DNA of 64,000 nt from Anthoceros angustus (Eukaryota > Plantae > Anthocerotophyta): contig VJWM01000126.1 of NCBI GenBank assembly GCA_010909165.1, forward strand, positions 310,001 through 374,000, given 5' to 3'. The first letter of the stretch is position 1. Each line of letters starts with the position of its first letter. This document shows, piece by piece, positions 11,547 to 23,228 of the stretch. The translations under genes and the position numbers were made by a program. Below the pieces are notes generated by a model. It did no database searches. It saw nothing but the letters and a program-made list of their open reading frames with translations, and was not told the DNA's origin.

Positions 11547-13277
11547 ATGGGCACTTCGGGATCAAAGTTGGAAAAGGTGCTGGGAGATCAGTTCCCAGAA
11601 GGCGAGCGGTACTTCGGATTGGAGAATTTTGGCAACACGTGCTACTGTAACAGCGTCCTGCAGGTGACAGCTCGGTGACATTGGAATTGGCTTTGGTGTG
11701 GCTGGCAGTGTTGAGTTATCTGAAGTGGTGTAGAGGTTTGTATGTGTCTGCAGGCTCTGTATTTCTGCGTGCCGTTCCGAGACCAGGTGTTGGAGTACCG
11801 TGGCCTCCCCAAACCTGTTGGGGAGGCAGAGGAAAATCTTTTGACCTGCTTGTCGGAATTGTTCACACAGGTATGCCGTTGCTGCTTAACGCTTGTTATT
11901 GATGCTAACCTATGTGCATGTGGGTTCTGTTATGACATCCTTAGCTTTTTTTTTTCCCGACCTTGCAGATAACTTCTCAAAAGAAGAAGACTGGAGTGAT
12001 TCAACCAAAGCGCTTTGTGCAGAGAGTCAAGAAGCAAAATGAGCTTTTCAGGAGCTACATGCACCAAGTATGTGAGAGCATGTTCTGTCTTGGCATGTGC
12101 CACAGGCGGTACATCTTTTACTCAGTTCTGTCTCCCTTGTGACACATGGACAGGATGCCCACGAGTTTCTGAATTTTCTTCTGAACGAGCTTGTTGATAT
12201 TCTTGAGAAGGAGGCCGAAACTGCAAAGTCGGCCTCTGGCAGCATGGTCCAGTCAGAGAAGGTCTCGAACGGGAACATGAATGGACGGACAAATGGTAAC
12301 CACCACAAATCTGCAGCAACCTGGGTGCATAAGATATTTCAGGTGAACTCGGTAGCTTCCGAGCCTCTGGTTGGTTGTTTTGCTCTATGTTTGGATAACT
12401 GCCTCTGGATTTGCAGGTATTTGTGCCTCCATTCGTTTAGTCTCTGGCACTGAGTGTCCCTTCTGTGGTAAAGGAAGTCTTACAGAGTGCGGCTTCAACT
12501 TGTTCTTTTGATATGCAGGGAACACTTACAAACGAGACTAGATGCCTACGGTGTGAGACCATTACAGCCAGGGATGAGACGTTTCTTGATTTGAGTTTGG
12601 ACATCGAGCAAAACAGCTCCATCACAAGCTGCTTGCGGAATTTTAGCTCTACCGAGACACTGAATGCTGAAGACAAATTCTTTTGTGACAAGTGCTGCAG
12701 GTTTGCAAAGCCGAACCTCTGACAGTTGAAAAGAAGCACCCTTTCGTTGTTTCTTTCCCCGATTGAAATGTTGCATGATGATGGTAGCTGTGCTAAGGTT
12801 CTTTGTCATGGCAGCTTGCAGGAGGCAGAGAAAAGAATGAAGATCAAAACTCCCCCTCGGATTCTTGCGCTGCATCTTAAACGTTTCAAGTACATGGAGC
12901 CGCTTCAGAGGTACAAAAAACTCTCATATCGTGTTGTGTTTCCCTTGGAGTTGAAGTTGGTCAACACGACGGATGATGCTCCCAATTCCGAGGCAGAGTA
13001 TTCCTTGTTTGCAGTTGTGGTGCATGTGGGCACTGGTCCCAACCACGGCCATTATGTTAGCCTTGTCAAGAGTCACAATCACTGGCTGTTTTTTGATGAT
13101 GAAAATGTGGAGATCATTGACGAGTCGATAGTACAGACCTTTTTTGGGTCCACACAGGAGTATGCAAACAATACAGATCATGGTTATATTTTGTTTTATG
13201 AGAGTCCGGAGCAGAGACCTAAGGCTGGACAGAATCCTTTGCCAGATTATAGGAGGGCCCAGTCCAAGTCTCAGTGA
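11547..13277 (+). CDS. UBP3/UBP4: Ubiquitin-specific protease, USP12/46-type (Arabidopsis UBP3/UBP4 orthogroup)
   Basis: N-terminus [39 protein letters not shown] (Cys box), [23 protein letters not shown] and His box [12 protein letters not shown], with GT-AG introns. Alternative ATG at 11541. Confidence 0.95.
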
Positions 13278-13445
13278 TGATAGAGAGGTGATATTACTGG
13301 TTTCGGCCAGTGATCATATTGACCCCTGGTGCTAGATTACATGTGAAGTGATGGCTATGTTGCAAATGACGTGATACATGACTCTGAATTGACAATCGAC
13401 AGTATGGACAGAACGAGATGTGGCCAAATCATAGCAGCAACACGG

Positions 13446-15184
13446 CTAGGCCCTAGGCTCAAAAAGTTCTGTTGCTTGCGAAGAGTTGGAAGCGGAGTTG
13501 GACACATCTAGATATTTCCGGAAGCTGGCCGCAGTCGTCCAGTGTTCACTCTCCAAATCATCATCTTGATAGAAAGCCTCAGCTCTCAGATCAGATGCGC
13601 CCCCTGTGTTCAGCATCTTCACTACTTGTGCCATTGACGGTCTTCTATCCCTTGTGAGTGCCAGACAAGCCACGGCCACCTACAGGCATTCGCAGAAGGT
13701 GAGTGCTCATTGTTGTATGATAAAAGAAGTGTAAAGAGCGGTTCATTTTAGAAGCAAGGCCAACAAAACTGAAAACCTTTGCGACTCCTTCGATGCTCTC
13801 GAAGTCCTCGGGAGTCAGGCCGTCATGCAGAGTGCGATCAATGATCTCCCGAACTCGGTTCTCCTTGATCAAAGGGACACAAAGTTCACTGACGTGGGTG
13901 GGCTCCGATGAAGCGTTGTCCACAGGTTTCTGTGCAGTTATCAGCTCCAGCAGCACCACCCCGAAGCTGAAGACATCTGTTTTGTCTGTGAGCTGCATGT
14001 TTCGAAAGTACTCGGGATCAAGGTAGCCGAGAGTACCCATCACTGCAGTGGAAACGTGGGTCCTCTCTGCCTCTACCAATCTTGAAATGCCAAAATCTGC
14101 AACCTTGGCATTGAAGCTGCCATCCAGCAAAATGTTTGCCGACTTCACATCCCGGTGGAAAATGGGAGGCCTGGCCAACACGTGCAGATACTTGAGGGCC
14201 TCGGCAGTCTGGATAGCAATATTCAGCCTCCTGGTCCAGTCCAGCTCAGTGATTTGGCCCTGACGAGCTTGCTCCAGGTGGCCTTGTAGGGTGCCGTTGG
14301 AGATGAACTCGTACACCAACAGGGGGACCTCCATCTCAACACAGCAGCCCAGAAGCCGGACCAGATTGCTGTGGTTCAATTGGGACAGAATGGAAACTTC
14401 GTTCAGGAACTGGTCCAGGTCCTGGGTTCCAGCATTCTTGGATTTCTTGATGGCCACCACCCTGCCGTCGTCAAGACATCCCTTGTACACCGTGCCGAAT
14501 CCCCCGCTTCCAAGCTCGGTATGGGCAGAAAAATTTTCTGTTGCCTTCTGCAACGCTCGGTACTGGAAGAAAGTACAACGAGAGCCCCAAGTTGCCATGA
14601 GTGTCTTAAGGTACCCGGGATGCACGGGATTGCTATACCGCACGGGATTGGGAATTGGCTGCACCCCGGGCACTGCAGGTGCGGAGATGTGAAGGCCAAA
14701 GTCTGACACCCGCATGTTTTTGAGAGGCTTGTACCGTCCGCAAAGATAGCAGAGTACTAGGACCTTAACCAGAAGAGCGACAACAATCAAGCTCGCAATG
14801 ACGAGTATAAGTCCTGCAGAAGCCAGCGAAGGATCATGCAAGATCAGTCAACATGCTACCTAGGGGCTTGCAGCTAATGCCCGGCTAGTGTTGAGCCTCA
14901 AGATGCCTACCTATAGGAATGTTGCCGGATGATCCTGGGTCCTCTGCATTGATCATCAGACATGTCATCAGAACACCTTCAACTCTGAACTTCAATGACT
15001 GCACATCAAGACCTTCCAGAATCTTGAGCGACCAGACCTGCCAGGACAGAATCAAGTCCTGCCAGGAGAGCATCTTACGTGCTGAGAAGTCTTGTGCAAG
15101 GCACTTGGATTGAAACCAGAAGAGGACTGGAATCCACCACATCCAGGAACTGAGCAGCGGATGCCCCATTGCTGCCCTGCCCAT
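13446..15184 (-). CDS. WAK-like receptor kinase 1 (signal peptide, ~60-aa ectodomain, TM, RD kinase)
   Basis: Exon 1 15184-14911 (MWWIPVLFWFQSKCLAQ signal). Intron 14910-14814 joins in frame to the TM LILVIASLIIVVALLV. Kinase motifs GSGGFG, VAIKK, HRDVKSANILL, DFG, GYLDPEY. Intron 13776-13680, last exon 13679-13446. Confidence 0.88.
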
Positions 15185-15189
15185 GGCTT

Positions 15190-15503
15190 CTGCAGTTCAC
15201 AAGCGGGCTGCACCCTCGATGCCGGTCATCTGTCTGCGGCCATGGGATTGCAGCACAACACCGCACTGTTTCCACGAACTTTCTCGGAGAGATTAGGACC
15301 TCCAGATCTCAGCCGAGGGCCTGCCTTCACACGGAATGCTGGGTGTCTGCAGTTCACAAGCGGGCTGCACCCTCGATGCCGGTCATCTGTCTGCGGCCAT
15401 GGGATTGCAGCACAACACCGCACTGTTTCCACGAACTTTCTCGGAGAGATTAGGACCTCCAGATCTCAGCCGAGGGCCTGCCTTCACACGGAACCCTGGG
15501 TGC
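15190..15503. repeat. Two-copy near-perfect 157-bp tandem duplication just upstream of kinase 1
   Basis: ctgcagttcacaagcgggctgcaccctcgatg... starts at 15190 and again at 15347. Confidence 0.95.
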
Positions 15504-16250
15504 CAGCACTCCCCTGTTACATACTAGACTTCTACCATAAGGGGGCAGGCTGGGGCAGGTTGTATGCTGGGGCAGGTTGTGTCCTGGGGCAGGCTGGAAC
15601 TGCAAAGTCACACGGAATGCTGGGTCCCAGATTCTTCCAGCATTAACTATCACAAGACTGTGACCTGGCATCCTTGGGCACGCTAAAACTTTAACCTCGC
15701 TGATGGTGGTAAGCTGTGCAGCAAAGCCTGGCCTTGCGCAATTGCTCTAGATCTAGGCCAGCTGCCCAGGTGCTGATTACATACGATGCTTCAGGACAGG
15801 CTATGAAAGGAGTAGCTGTCTCAGGAACTACTGGTACTGGACCCCTCTTCTCTGGCAGGGGTAGGATGCCGGATGCAGCTTTCGTGGGCACTGGTGAGAT
15901 TGGACGGCAAGGGGGATCATGGCTCCTCTCTCGCATTCTGGTCTATCTGTAGGACGAGAGGCTGGCCAGCTGTTATAAATCCTCATGGCACGCCATTCTC
16001 GTGCTTACTCATCTGCGTGCAAACAAGGCTTCGAGGCACAGCACTTTGAGGGAGTATCCGCCAGAAGCTGACCTGAAGCCGATTAGGATGCCACAGGACA
16101 GGATATGGAAGAGCAGCTGTCTCTGGTAATTGGCTCTCCCTTCTCTGGCAGGGAAAGGATGCCGGGTGCAACAGGAAGGACTGACGGATCATCAGAACGG
16201 GCAATCGACAGTATCCATGGGCAGACTCCGCTGGGATAGCAGCAACACGA

Positions 16251-17857
16251 CTAAGCCCTAGGCCCAGAAAGTTCTATTGCTTGTAGAGAGCCGGAAACAG
16301 AGCTCGACAATTTCAGATATTTCCGGAAGCTGGCAGCAGTTGGCAAGTGTTCACCCTCCAAACCATCACTTTGATAGAAAGCATCAGCGCTCAAATCAGA
16401 TGCGCTCACTTTGTTCAGTTTCTCCAATACTTGTGTCATTGACGGTCTTCTATCTCTTGTGAGTGCTAGACAAGCCACAGCCACCTGCTGGTATTTGCAG
16501 AAGGTGAGTGCTCATTGTTGTATGATCAAAGATGTACAGAAGCTGCTCATTTTTAAAAAGCAGGGCCAACAAACTACAAACCTTTGCGACTCTTTCGATG
16601 CTCTCGAAGTCCTCTGGAGTCAGGCTGTCATACAGAGTGCGGTCAATGATCTCCTGAACTCTGTTCTCCCTGATCAAAGGGACACAGACCTCACTGAGGT
16701 GGGTGGCCTGCGATGAAGAGCTGTCCACAGGTTTCTGTGCAGTTATCAGCTCCAGCAGCACCACGCCGAAGCTGAAGACATCTGTCTTGTCTGTGAGCTG
16801 CATGTTCCGAAAGTATTCAGGATCAAGGTACCCGGGAGTGCCCTTCACTGCAGTGGAAACATGGGTCTTATCTACCTCTACCAATCTGGAAAGGCCAAAA
16901 TCTGCAACCTTGGCATTGAAGCTGCCATCTAGCAGAATGTTGGCCGACTTCACATCCCGGTGGAAAATGGGAGGATTGGCCTTGACGTGCAGGTATTCCA
17001 GCGCCTCTGCAGTCTGGATAGCAATCTTAAGCCTTATGCTCCAGTCCAGCTCAGTAGGTTGGCCCTGACGAGCTTGCTCCAGGTGGTCTTGCAGGGTGCC
17101 GTTGGAGATGAACTCGTACACCAACAGGGGGACCTGCATATCCACACAACATCCCAGAAGCCGGACCAGATTTTTGTGGTTCACCTGGGACAGAATGGCA
17201 ACTTCATTCACAAACTGTTCCACGTCCTGAGCTCCCCCATGCTTGGATTTCTTGATGGCTACCAGAGCTCCATTAAGAGATCCCTTATACACCGTGCCAA
17301 ATCCTCCGATCCCTATCTGCGCATACGGAGAGAAATTCTGTGTTGCGTTCTCCAGCTCTTGGTAGTCGAAGAAAGTACATCGAGCACCCCCGCTTGCTTT
17401 CAATTTTTTGAGAACTCCTGAGTAACCAGGCATGCTCCGCCCATCGGGATCAGCAATGGGCTTCGATTGTTTGGACCGCTTGCCCCTTATGTAAACACAC
17501 GAGACTCCTAGGATGGAAGCAACAATCACGAACACAAAGGGAATGATGATGGCTGCAGGCAGAGGAGCGAACAAGGATGTACATTAGCTCACATTTCTGC
17601 CTCGGCAATCACCTATCAAATTGATGCTTAAGAGTTGAAAGCTCCAGCTCACATCCAGCAGCCAGATATAGCGTGTAGTGTTGGCTACCTTCAAGAGGAA
17701 TTGTGACATTCTTTGTCCCTGAGGGTAGTATGGGAGCTCCTGCAGCTGGCACTAGGGTTGATGGCGGCTGTGCTGGACTTTGGCCTGGGCAAGTGAAAGG
17801 AAAGCAGAGCAGGACTGGAATCCATAGCATCCAGGAAGCGAGCATTCGATTGCCCAT
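16251..17857 (-). CDS. WAK-like receptor kinase 2, tandem paralogue of kinase 1; apparent frameshift in the signal/ectodomain exon
   Basis: Kinase ORF 16450..17574 plus last exon 16251..16484, with the same intron position as kinase 1. The upstream exon MGNRMLASWMLWIPVLLCF is homologous to the kinase 1 signal exon. Its donor (ata g|gtgatt, ~17613) is in a different frame from the ATG. Confidence 0.8.
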
Positions 17858-17871
17858 CGATGGTGACTCCG

Positions 17872-19728
17872 CAGGACAACCCAAAAGACAAGTTGTCCTC
17901 CAGAAAGAGGCCTCTACTGTACCGCGTAGAAGAGAGGGCAGGTCACTCTGTCACAGGGGGTTAGATATTTTGAAAGAGGCAACGGCAGGCCGCCGCGACT
18001 GGGTCGTCGCCAGACTCGCGCTGACCTCCCGACCTATATATTCCTGGCGTTATCCACCTCCTTCCATCCAGTCCCGAATTCGTTTCCTTCTCCGCCTTCC
18101 ACAGCAGCGTTCACCATCTCCTCTAGATCACATCCCTTCCTCTCCATCGCCACCCCGATTCTTCACTCTTCTTACGATTTCAGCTTCCAGACTGCGGGCT
18201 TCCATACCTGGAACTTCCATTCCAGAATCCGGCTAGCTGTCGATCGTAAGGGTCACCGATTTCCTTGCGTTGGCAGTTCAGCAGCCCATCCAAGTTGAAA
18301 GAAGGTTGTGGGTCATGGCCGGGGGGCGGGGTCCTGCAGCTGCGGGCCTCTCGTTTCTGCTGCTTCTGCTCATGAGCTCGGCGCTGGCTCCCGTAGCAGA
18401 GGCGGGTGACTCCATTCCCCGCGGCCTGAACCCGTTCTTCTACAAGAAGTCGTGCCCTCAGTTCTACCCGATTGTGAAGCAAAACATCGACAAGTGGCTG
18501 GCTCTGGATGTCCAGAATGCTGCCCACCTGCTCCGTCTCCTCTTCCACGATGCCGTGGTGAATGTACGTATGGTGTGGTGCACATGTCTGGGCTCGAAGG
18601 CATCTGCAGGCCTAGGCCATTCTTTGTCTTAGAGTTCAAAGCACGATTGCTCACCGTGTGCGGTGCGTGCGTGTGGAAATTACAGGGGGTCGACGCGTCC
18701 ATTATGATCGACAGCACTCCCACAAACAGCGGTGAAAGGGATGCGATTCCTAACAGGTCTCTGGCTGGGTTTAACGTCATTGACGACATCAAGCAGCAAC
18801 TAGAGGCAGCTTGCCCCAACACCGTCTCTTGTGCCGACATCCTGGTCACCAGTGTCAGAGACGCTATCGTCAAGGTAGCCAAACCAGGCCAGCCTTTCTC
18901 GCATTGCCTGCATTGCATTGCATTGCAGTCGCCAATTCTGTCGTGAGTTCTCCTCATTGTCCTTCCTTTCCTGTATCCGGACGCAGAGGGCGCACCCTTC
19001 TACACCACGTACCTGGGCCGCAAGGATGGATTGATCAGCAGCGTGGGCCCGGCAAGCACCAACAACCCTCCCCAACCTGTTCGTGGACGGCGTGCTGGCC
19101 TCCTTCTCCGGTATCGGGCTCGGGACGGCGGACGCAGTGGCTCTGTCAGGGGCCCACACCATCGGCAAAGGAGCTTGCGGCGCGGTCAGGAGGAGGCTCA
19201 CCAACTTCAGGACCGGCCTGGCGGACCCAACGATCCCCAGCCTACCTGCAGGAGCTCCTGACGGCGTGCGCCGACGCCACATTCCGAGCGGACATGGACC
19301 CCCTGTCGCCCACCGTGTTCGACAACAAGTACTACATCGACCTGCTCAACAGCAAGGGCTTCTTCGTCACCGACCAGTACCTCCTCTTCGACTCCCGCAC
19401 CGAGCCCTTCGTCACCAAGTTCGCCTTCAGCCAGAGTGCCTTCTTCGCCCAGTTCAGATCCTCCATCTTCAAGCTCAGCAACGTGGGAGTTCTGACCGGC
19501 ACGCAGGGTGAAATCAGGACCAACTGCCACGTTGTCAACTCCGCTGCTGCTTCAGCTGCTCCTGCTCCCGCACCCTGATCATCTGCTACTCAGGCGCATG
19601 CATTTCGTCGGCGTGCTTGCAAACAAGATTGAAATCTGAGAGCAGCCTCTTTAAAGTGGCTCCCATGTCCAGCAAAGACTCATCTTCAAAACGTTCGTTC
19701 ACCATCATCGATGTCAGCTGTTTCCTTG
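17872..19728 (+). repeat. Left outer arm of large inverted duplication (mirror of 45293-47168)
   Basis: The reverse complement of 45293-47168 aligns from gacaacccaaaagacaag (17872) to cagctgtttccttg (19728). Confidence 0.95.
18315..19578 (+). CDS. Class III secretory peroxidase, copy 1 (frameshifted as assembled)
   Basis: Signal peptide, RLLFHDAVVN|GVDAS, ACPNTVSCADIL, ALSGAHTIG, FDNKYY, GEIRTNC. Introns 18564-18685 and 18875-18986. Versus copy 2 it lacks bases in G/C runs at ~18988, ~19066-19075 and ~19237, plus 3 nt at ~19209. Confidence 0.9.
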
Positions 19729-19970
19729 TTAGCCTAATTACCAAAGCAAACCAAAAAGCATAAGGATTTTTTTGGATTAGGATTTTGGCAGTTAATTGTT
19801 GTTTCTTTGCTTTGGTAATAAGCTAGTAAGTCCATTTTTGAGACCTTTTAAAACTGGATATTTGGGGATAAGTCTATTTTGCAAACTTGTCCCAACTCTC
19901 AAGCCTTATGCTCTACCAACTGACATTGAGCTATGACCCAATTTGGCCATGGACAGCTATGCAGCTTCGC
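19725..19970. mobile_element. AT-rich foldback/MITE-like element, truncated copy
   Basis: Internal inverted repeat taattaccaaagcaaa...tttgctttggtaat. Homologous to 44020-44305. Confidence 0.55.
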
Positions 19971-20279
19971 AGAGCAATAGCAGGAAAAAGTGATCTCAGT
20001 CCTCTTTAGATGCTTGCAACAACCAACACAATGCAATGGAAGAAGGTTAAGGTGTGGGACAATTATTCCTACATACATAGCCTTCGGGGAGTCTTATATC
20101 TCACTATCTTCCTCCTTCATCTCGATCATAACCTGCTAGATTTTACTTCTATTCTCGAACTATCTATTCTATAGATAATCCTTCTGTTCTCTAGATATAT
20201 ATTTATAAATATCTCTTATTCTTTTTATATTTATCTTATTATTTTTAAACAAGAGCTACCTGACGCTGCAGTTCTACAA

Positions 20280-20450
20280 ACTCCGAATGTCTGAGAATGA
20301 ATCTATTGTGTAATTTATGAACAACTCCATGAATCTTGGATTCAGTCAAGTTGGCAGGCACCACCGTGTCCGACTACGATGCTTCTATGCAAATGCTATA
20401 GAGCATGCCCTCTTCTTGGTTATCATTGGTGATAACGCAAACAGCTAACC
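20280..20450 (+). mobile_element. Degenerate Copia-like gag (UBN2-type) remnant
   Basis: Broken translation LRMSENESIV*FMNNSMNLG...QML*SMPSSWLSLVI resembles Copia gag. It is short and interrupted. Confidence 0.35.
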
Positions 20451-21399
20451 CTAGGGCATTAGATGGGACCATTGCCCTTTTGAAACAAGAGGAGTAGGGC
20501 AGGAAGGCGGTCGATACCCCAGCTCTCGGCGACATTGCCCTCTTCACACATAGACAACCAAGCCCAGCTCATAGAGGGCATCTTATCGGTGGATCCTCTG
20601 GTGGGGAGGCTTCCCACCCACCAATCTAAACTCCCAGCGCAGGCTGTTAGTTGATGCCTATGTGCAGTCTATGAGACGTTAAAAAGGGTATCATGAAATG
20701 TGACTTGGGGCTGATACCGTGATAGAGAGATGAGCTGCTGCTTGTTGCAAGAACTTCTGAAACTGGGAGCAAGGCCAGCAGAGGACGGCAAGGTGGGAAG
20801 CATAAATGTTTTGACGGGATACAATCAAAGCATATGAAAATCGGGAGCAGATGTTTCTTCACTCTTATTGATTGGTGGCTATTGGAGCTCCTTTCACTTT
20901 TACTAGTTGTGATTAAATTCTTAGTATATTACTCATTACTTTAGCAATTTACATTCCCTTAGTGGTTCACACAAGGGAATCATGCCCCGTGACGGGCGGG
21001 GGCCAACTTTTTAAGCTTTTTTAGGAATAATAAATTTTTATAGGTATTAAATTTTTTATCAAGCAAGCATATATATATTTTTAATTTGATTAATATTTAA
21101 TATTTTTTAATAATACATTATTAATACTTTTTTGTAAGCAATATACTATAAATATACAAATCGACCAAAAAAACTAGGACGATATTGCTTATTCATAGAG
21201 AGCGTATGAACAGGTTTACGTTTAGGGTTTAGGGTTTAATGTATAATTAATTTTCAGTGTAACACTCACACATTTTGTCAATATTCACTGTAAATTTACA
21301 TATTTCATCAATTTTTATTGTAAGATTTACAGATGTTATCAATATCTACCGTTTACAGATGTTATCAATATTTACCGTAACGCTTTGTGGAAGTTGTTT

Positions 21400-21960
21400 C
21401 TTGTAATCTATCTTATATTGATATTCTCTTCCTTGCTTTTTTGTAAACTGAAGCTCGTAGAGTAAAACTTCAAACTTGCAAGTACATTGTTTTGAAGTCC
21501 TCCCTCGTTTCACATTAATAAGTTGAGCATCGTACCATCGTTTCTACATCAAGATTGTGCAAACATTGATTGTGAACTAAACAATATAGTTTTATTAAAT
21601 ACTTTGGAGAGCAATGACTACACCGAAAATATCATGTTTCTCTTTCTCTTTCCGAAGTATAGACTTACGTACCTCTGAGATGTATTCTTCACCCTCTTTC
21701 TTCTTTAGAGTGGGATGAGTAACAAATACCACACAATGGTCCAAGTTCAGCTCCTTAGTAGGGAGAAGGTTCTCCATATGTTCTTTGCAACCACTATCTT
21801 GAAACTTCTGTGATCTTGGTCGGAGGAAGGACATTCCTCTGACTTCTCTAGCATGGGGAAAATTTACATAATCTACTACAAATCCATAGCCAGTAGCAGC
21901 CCTTTTAACTATAAAGCAATCCCACCATGAACCTCCCCATAAAGCTTCAAATTCTTCAAT
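21400..21960 (-). pseudogene. SAWADEE-domain (SHH1-like tandem Tudor) gene remnant
   Basis: The minus strand gives EEFEALWGGSWWDC..., DYVNFPHAREVRGMSFLRPRSQKFQDSGC and, after an AG, KRWYDAQLINVKRGRTSKQCTCKFEV. These match the FEA..WYD / R.RS....C / YDA...R....C.C.F.V order of SAWADEE. A frameshift is present. Confidence 0.62.
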
Positions 21961-22839
21961 AAGATATAAATAATATAAATAAAGATAATAATGATCATAT
22001 TTGAAACATGAGCTCCTAATCTAGTTACATTGTTTGAAGCAAAATCTCAATGATATCATGAGTGACAAGTTAACTTACCCATGCTTGTACGGTGGGATCC
22101 CTTCTCCACTTGGATTATAGAGATCTCTTTACTTATTCTGCATGAAATATAAAAATATAAAAGGTTATAACTAGATATTGAATCCTAAAATGAGGTATTG
22201 AATTCTAAAGCATCATAGTACTCACATATATAGAGTATTGAATGCCGAAACAAGATGTTGAATCCTAAACGCGACGTGAAATTCCTTGAGCTTCTTGAAG
22301 AAACTATCTTCTTCCAGACCCTTGAAAACTTTTTAAGTTAAAAAAATGTGAATGAGGGAACTTAATGCAGATCGGTCATAGTGTATTAGACTCTCTAGTA
22401 CCTCTCTAGTACTAATTTTGACTACACATATTCCAATTCCATCTCCATGATAAGATATCCAGCGAGAAAGAACCTTCCGTTGAAATGTAAGTAGAGGAAA
22501 CGATATAATGACATTTCATTAATTGGTAAAAATGGTGCACACTAGAGTACCCACTAAAATTATACTGTAAGCAGGGCGATGTAAGCTAACCTTGACGGAA
22601 AAGAAGAAGAATCTATTTATAATATCCACCATCTTCAAAAAGAAACTTCCATTGGCATGAAATGGAAGTAGAGAAAATTATAGAGAGGCATTTCATTATT
22701 GGTAGAAGTGGTAGAGACCAACCCTAGCACCCTCAAAAAATAGAGTGCAAGCAATGGGATGTAAGCTAGTCTGGGATGGGCAAAGGTGAGTCAAAAGTGA
22801 ATCCTTCTTGTAGAAAAGAATGGGCTCGGCTCAGCCATG

Positions 22840-23045
22840 TGGGTAGTTCTATAGCCCAGTCCTACAGCCAAATGGGTAGTTCTATAGCTTGATCTTGCGG
22901 GCAGATGGGTAGTTCTATAGTCCGTCGTGCAGCCAATGAGTAATTTTGCAGGCATATGGGTAGTTCTACAATCCGGTCGTGTAGCCAAATGAGTAACTCT
23001 ATAGCCTGGTCCTGTAGCCAGATGGGTAGTTCTATAGCCCGGTCC
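22840..23045. repeat. Degenerate ~33-bp tandem array (6-7 units, core atgggtagttctatag)
   Basis: The core recurs at regular spacing. Short aaggccaagggcca repeats follow at ~23120-23200. Confidence 0.85.
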
Positions 23046-23228
23046 TCCAGCTAGCAGAGGTCTTGCTTATTAAAGATTCAATCATACGCTACTCCAGTAG
23101 ATAGATGGCCCTTAAATAGAAGGCCAAGGGCCAAAAAGATGTAAGGCCAAGGGCCAAGAAGATAGAAAGCCAAGGGCCAAGCAGATAGAAGGCCAATGGA
23201 GTATTGGGTTAGGTGAATTATCTCACTA

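Noticed and set aside
15780-16180. Duplicated ~100-bp motif encoding ..FSGR(G/E)RMP.., considered as a peptide-hormone precursor
   Set aside because: No signal peptide, the copies lie in broken frames, and there is no match to a peptide family I can name.
21221-21238. TTTAGGG x2 telomere-like motif
   Set aside because: Only about two units in AT-rich DNA. Too short to call an interstitial telomere.
22840-23045. CRISPR-like repeat/spacer appearance (also 42295-42515 and 52400-52545)
   Set aside because: The intervening segments are homologous to each other, there are no cas genes and the context is eukaryotic. These are ordinary minisatellites.
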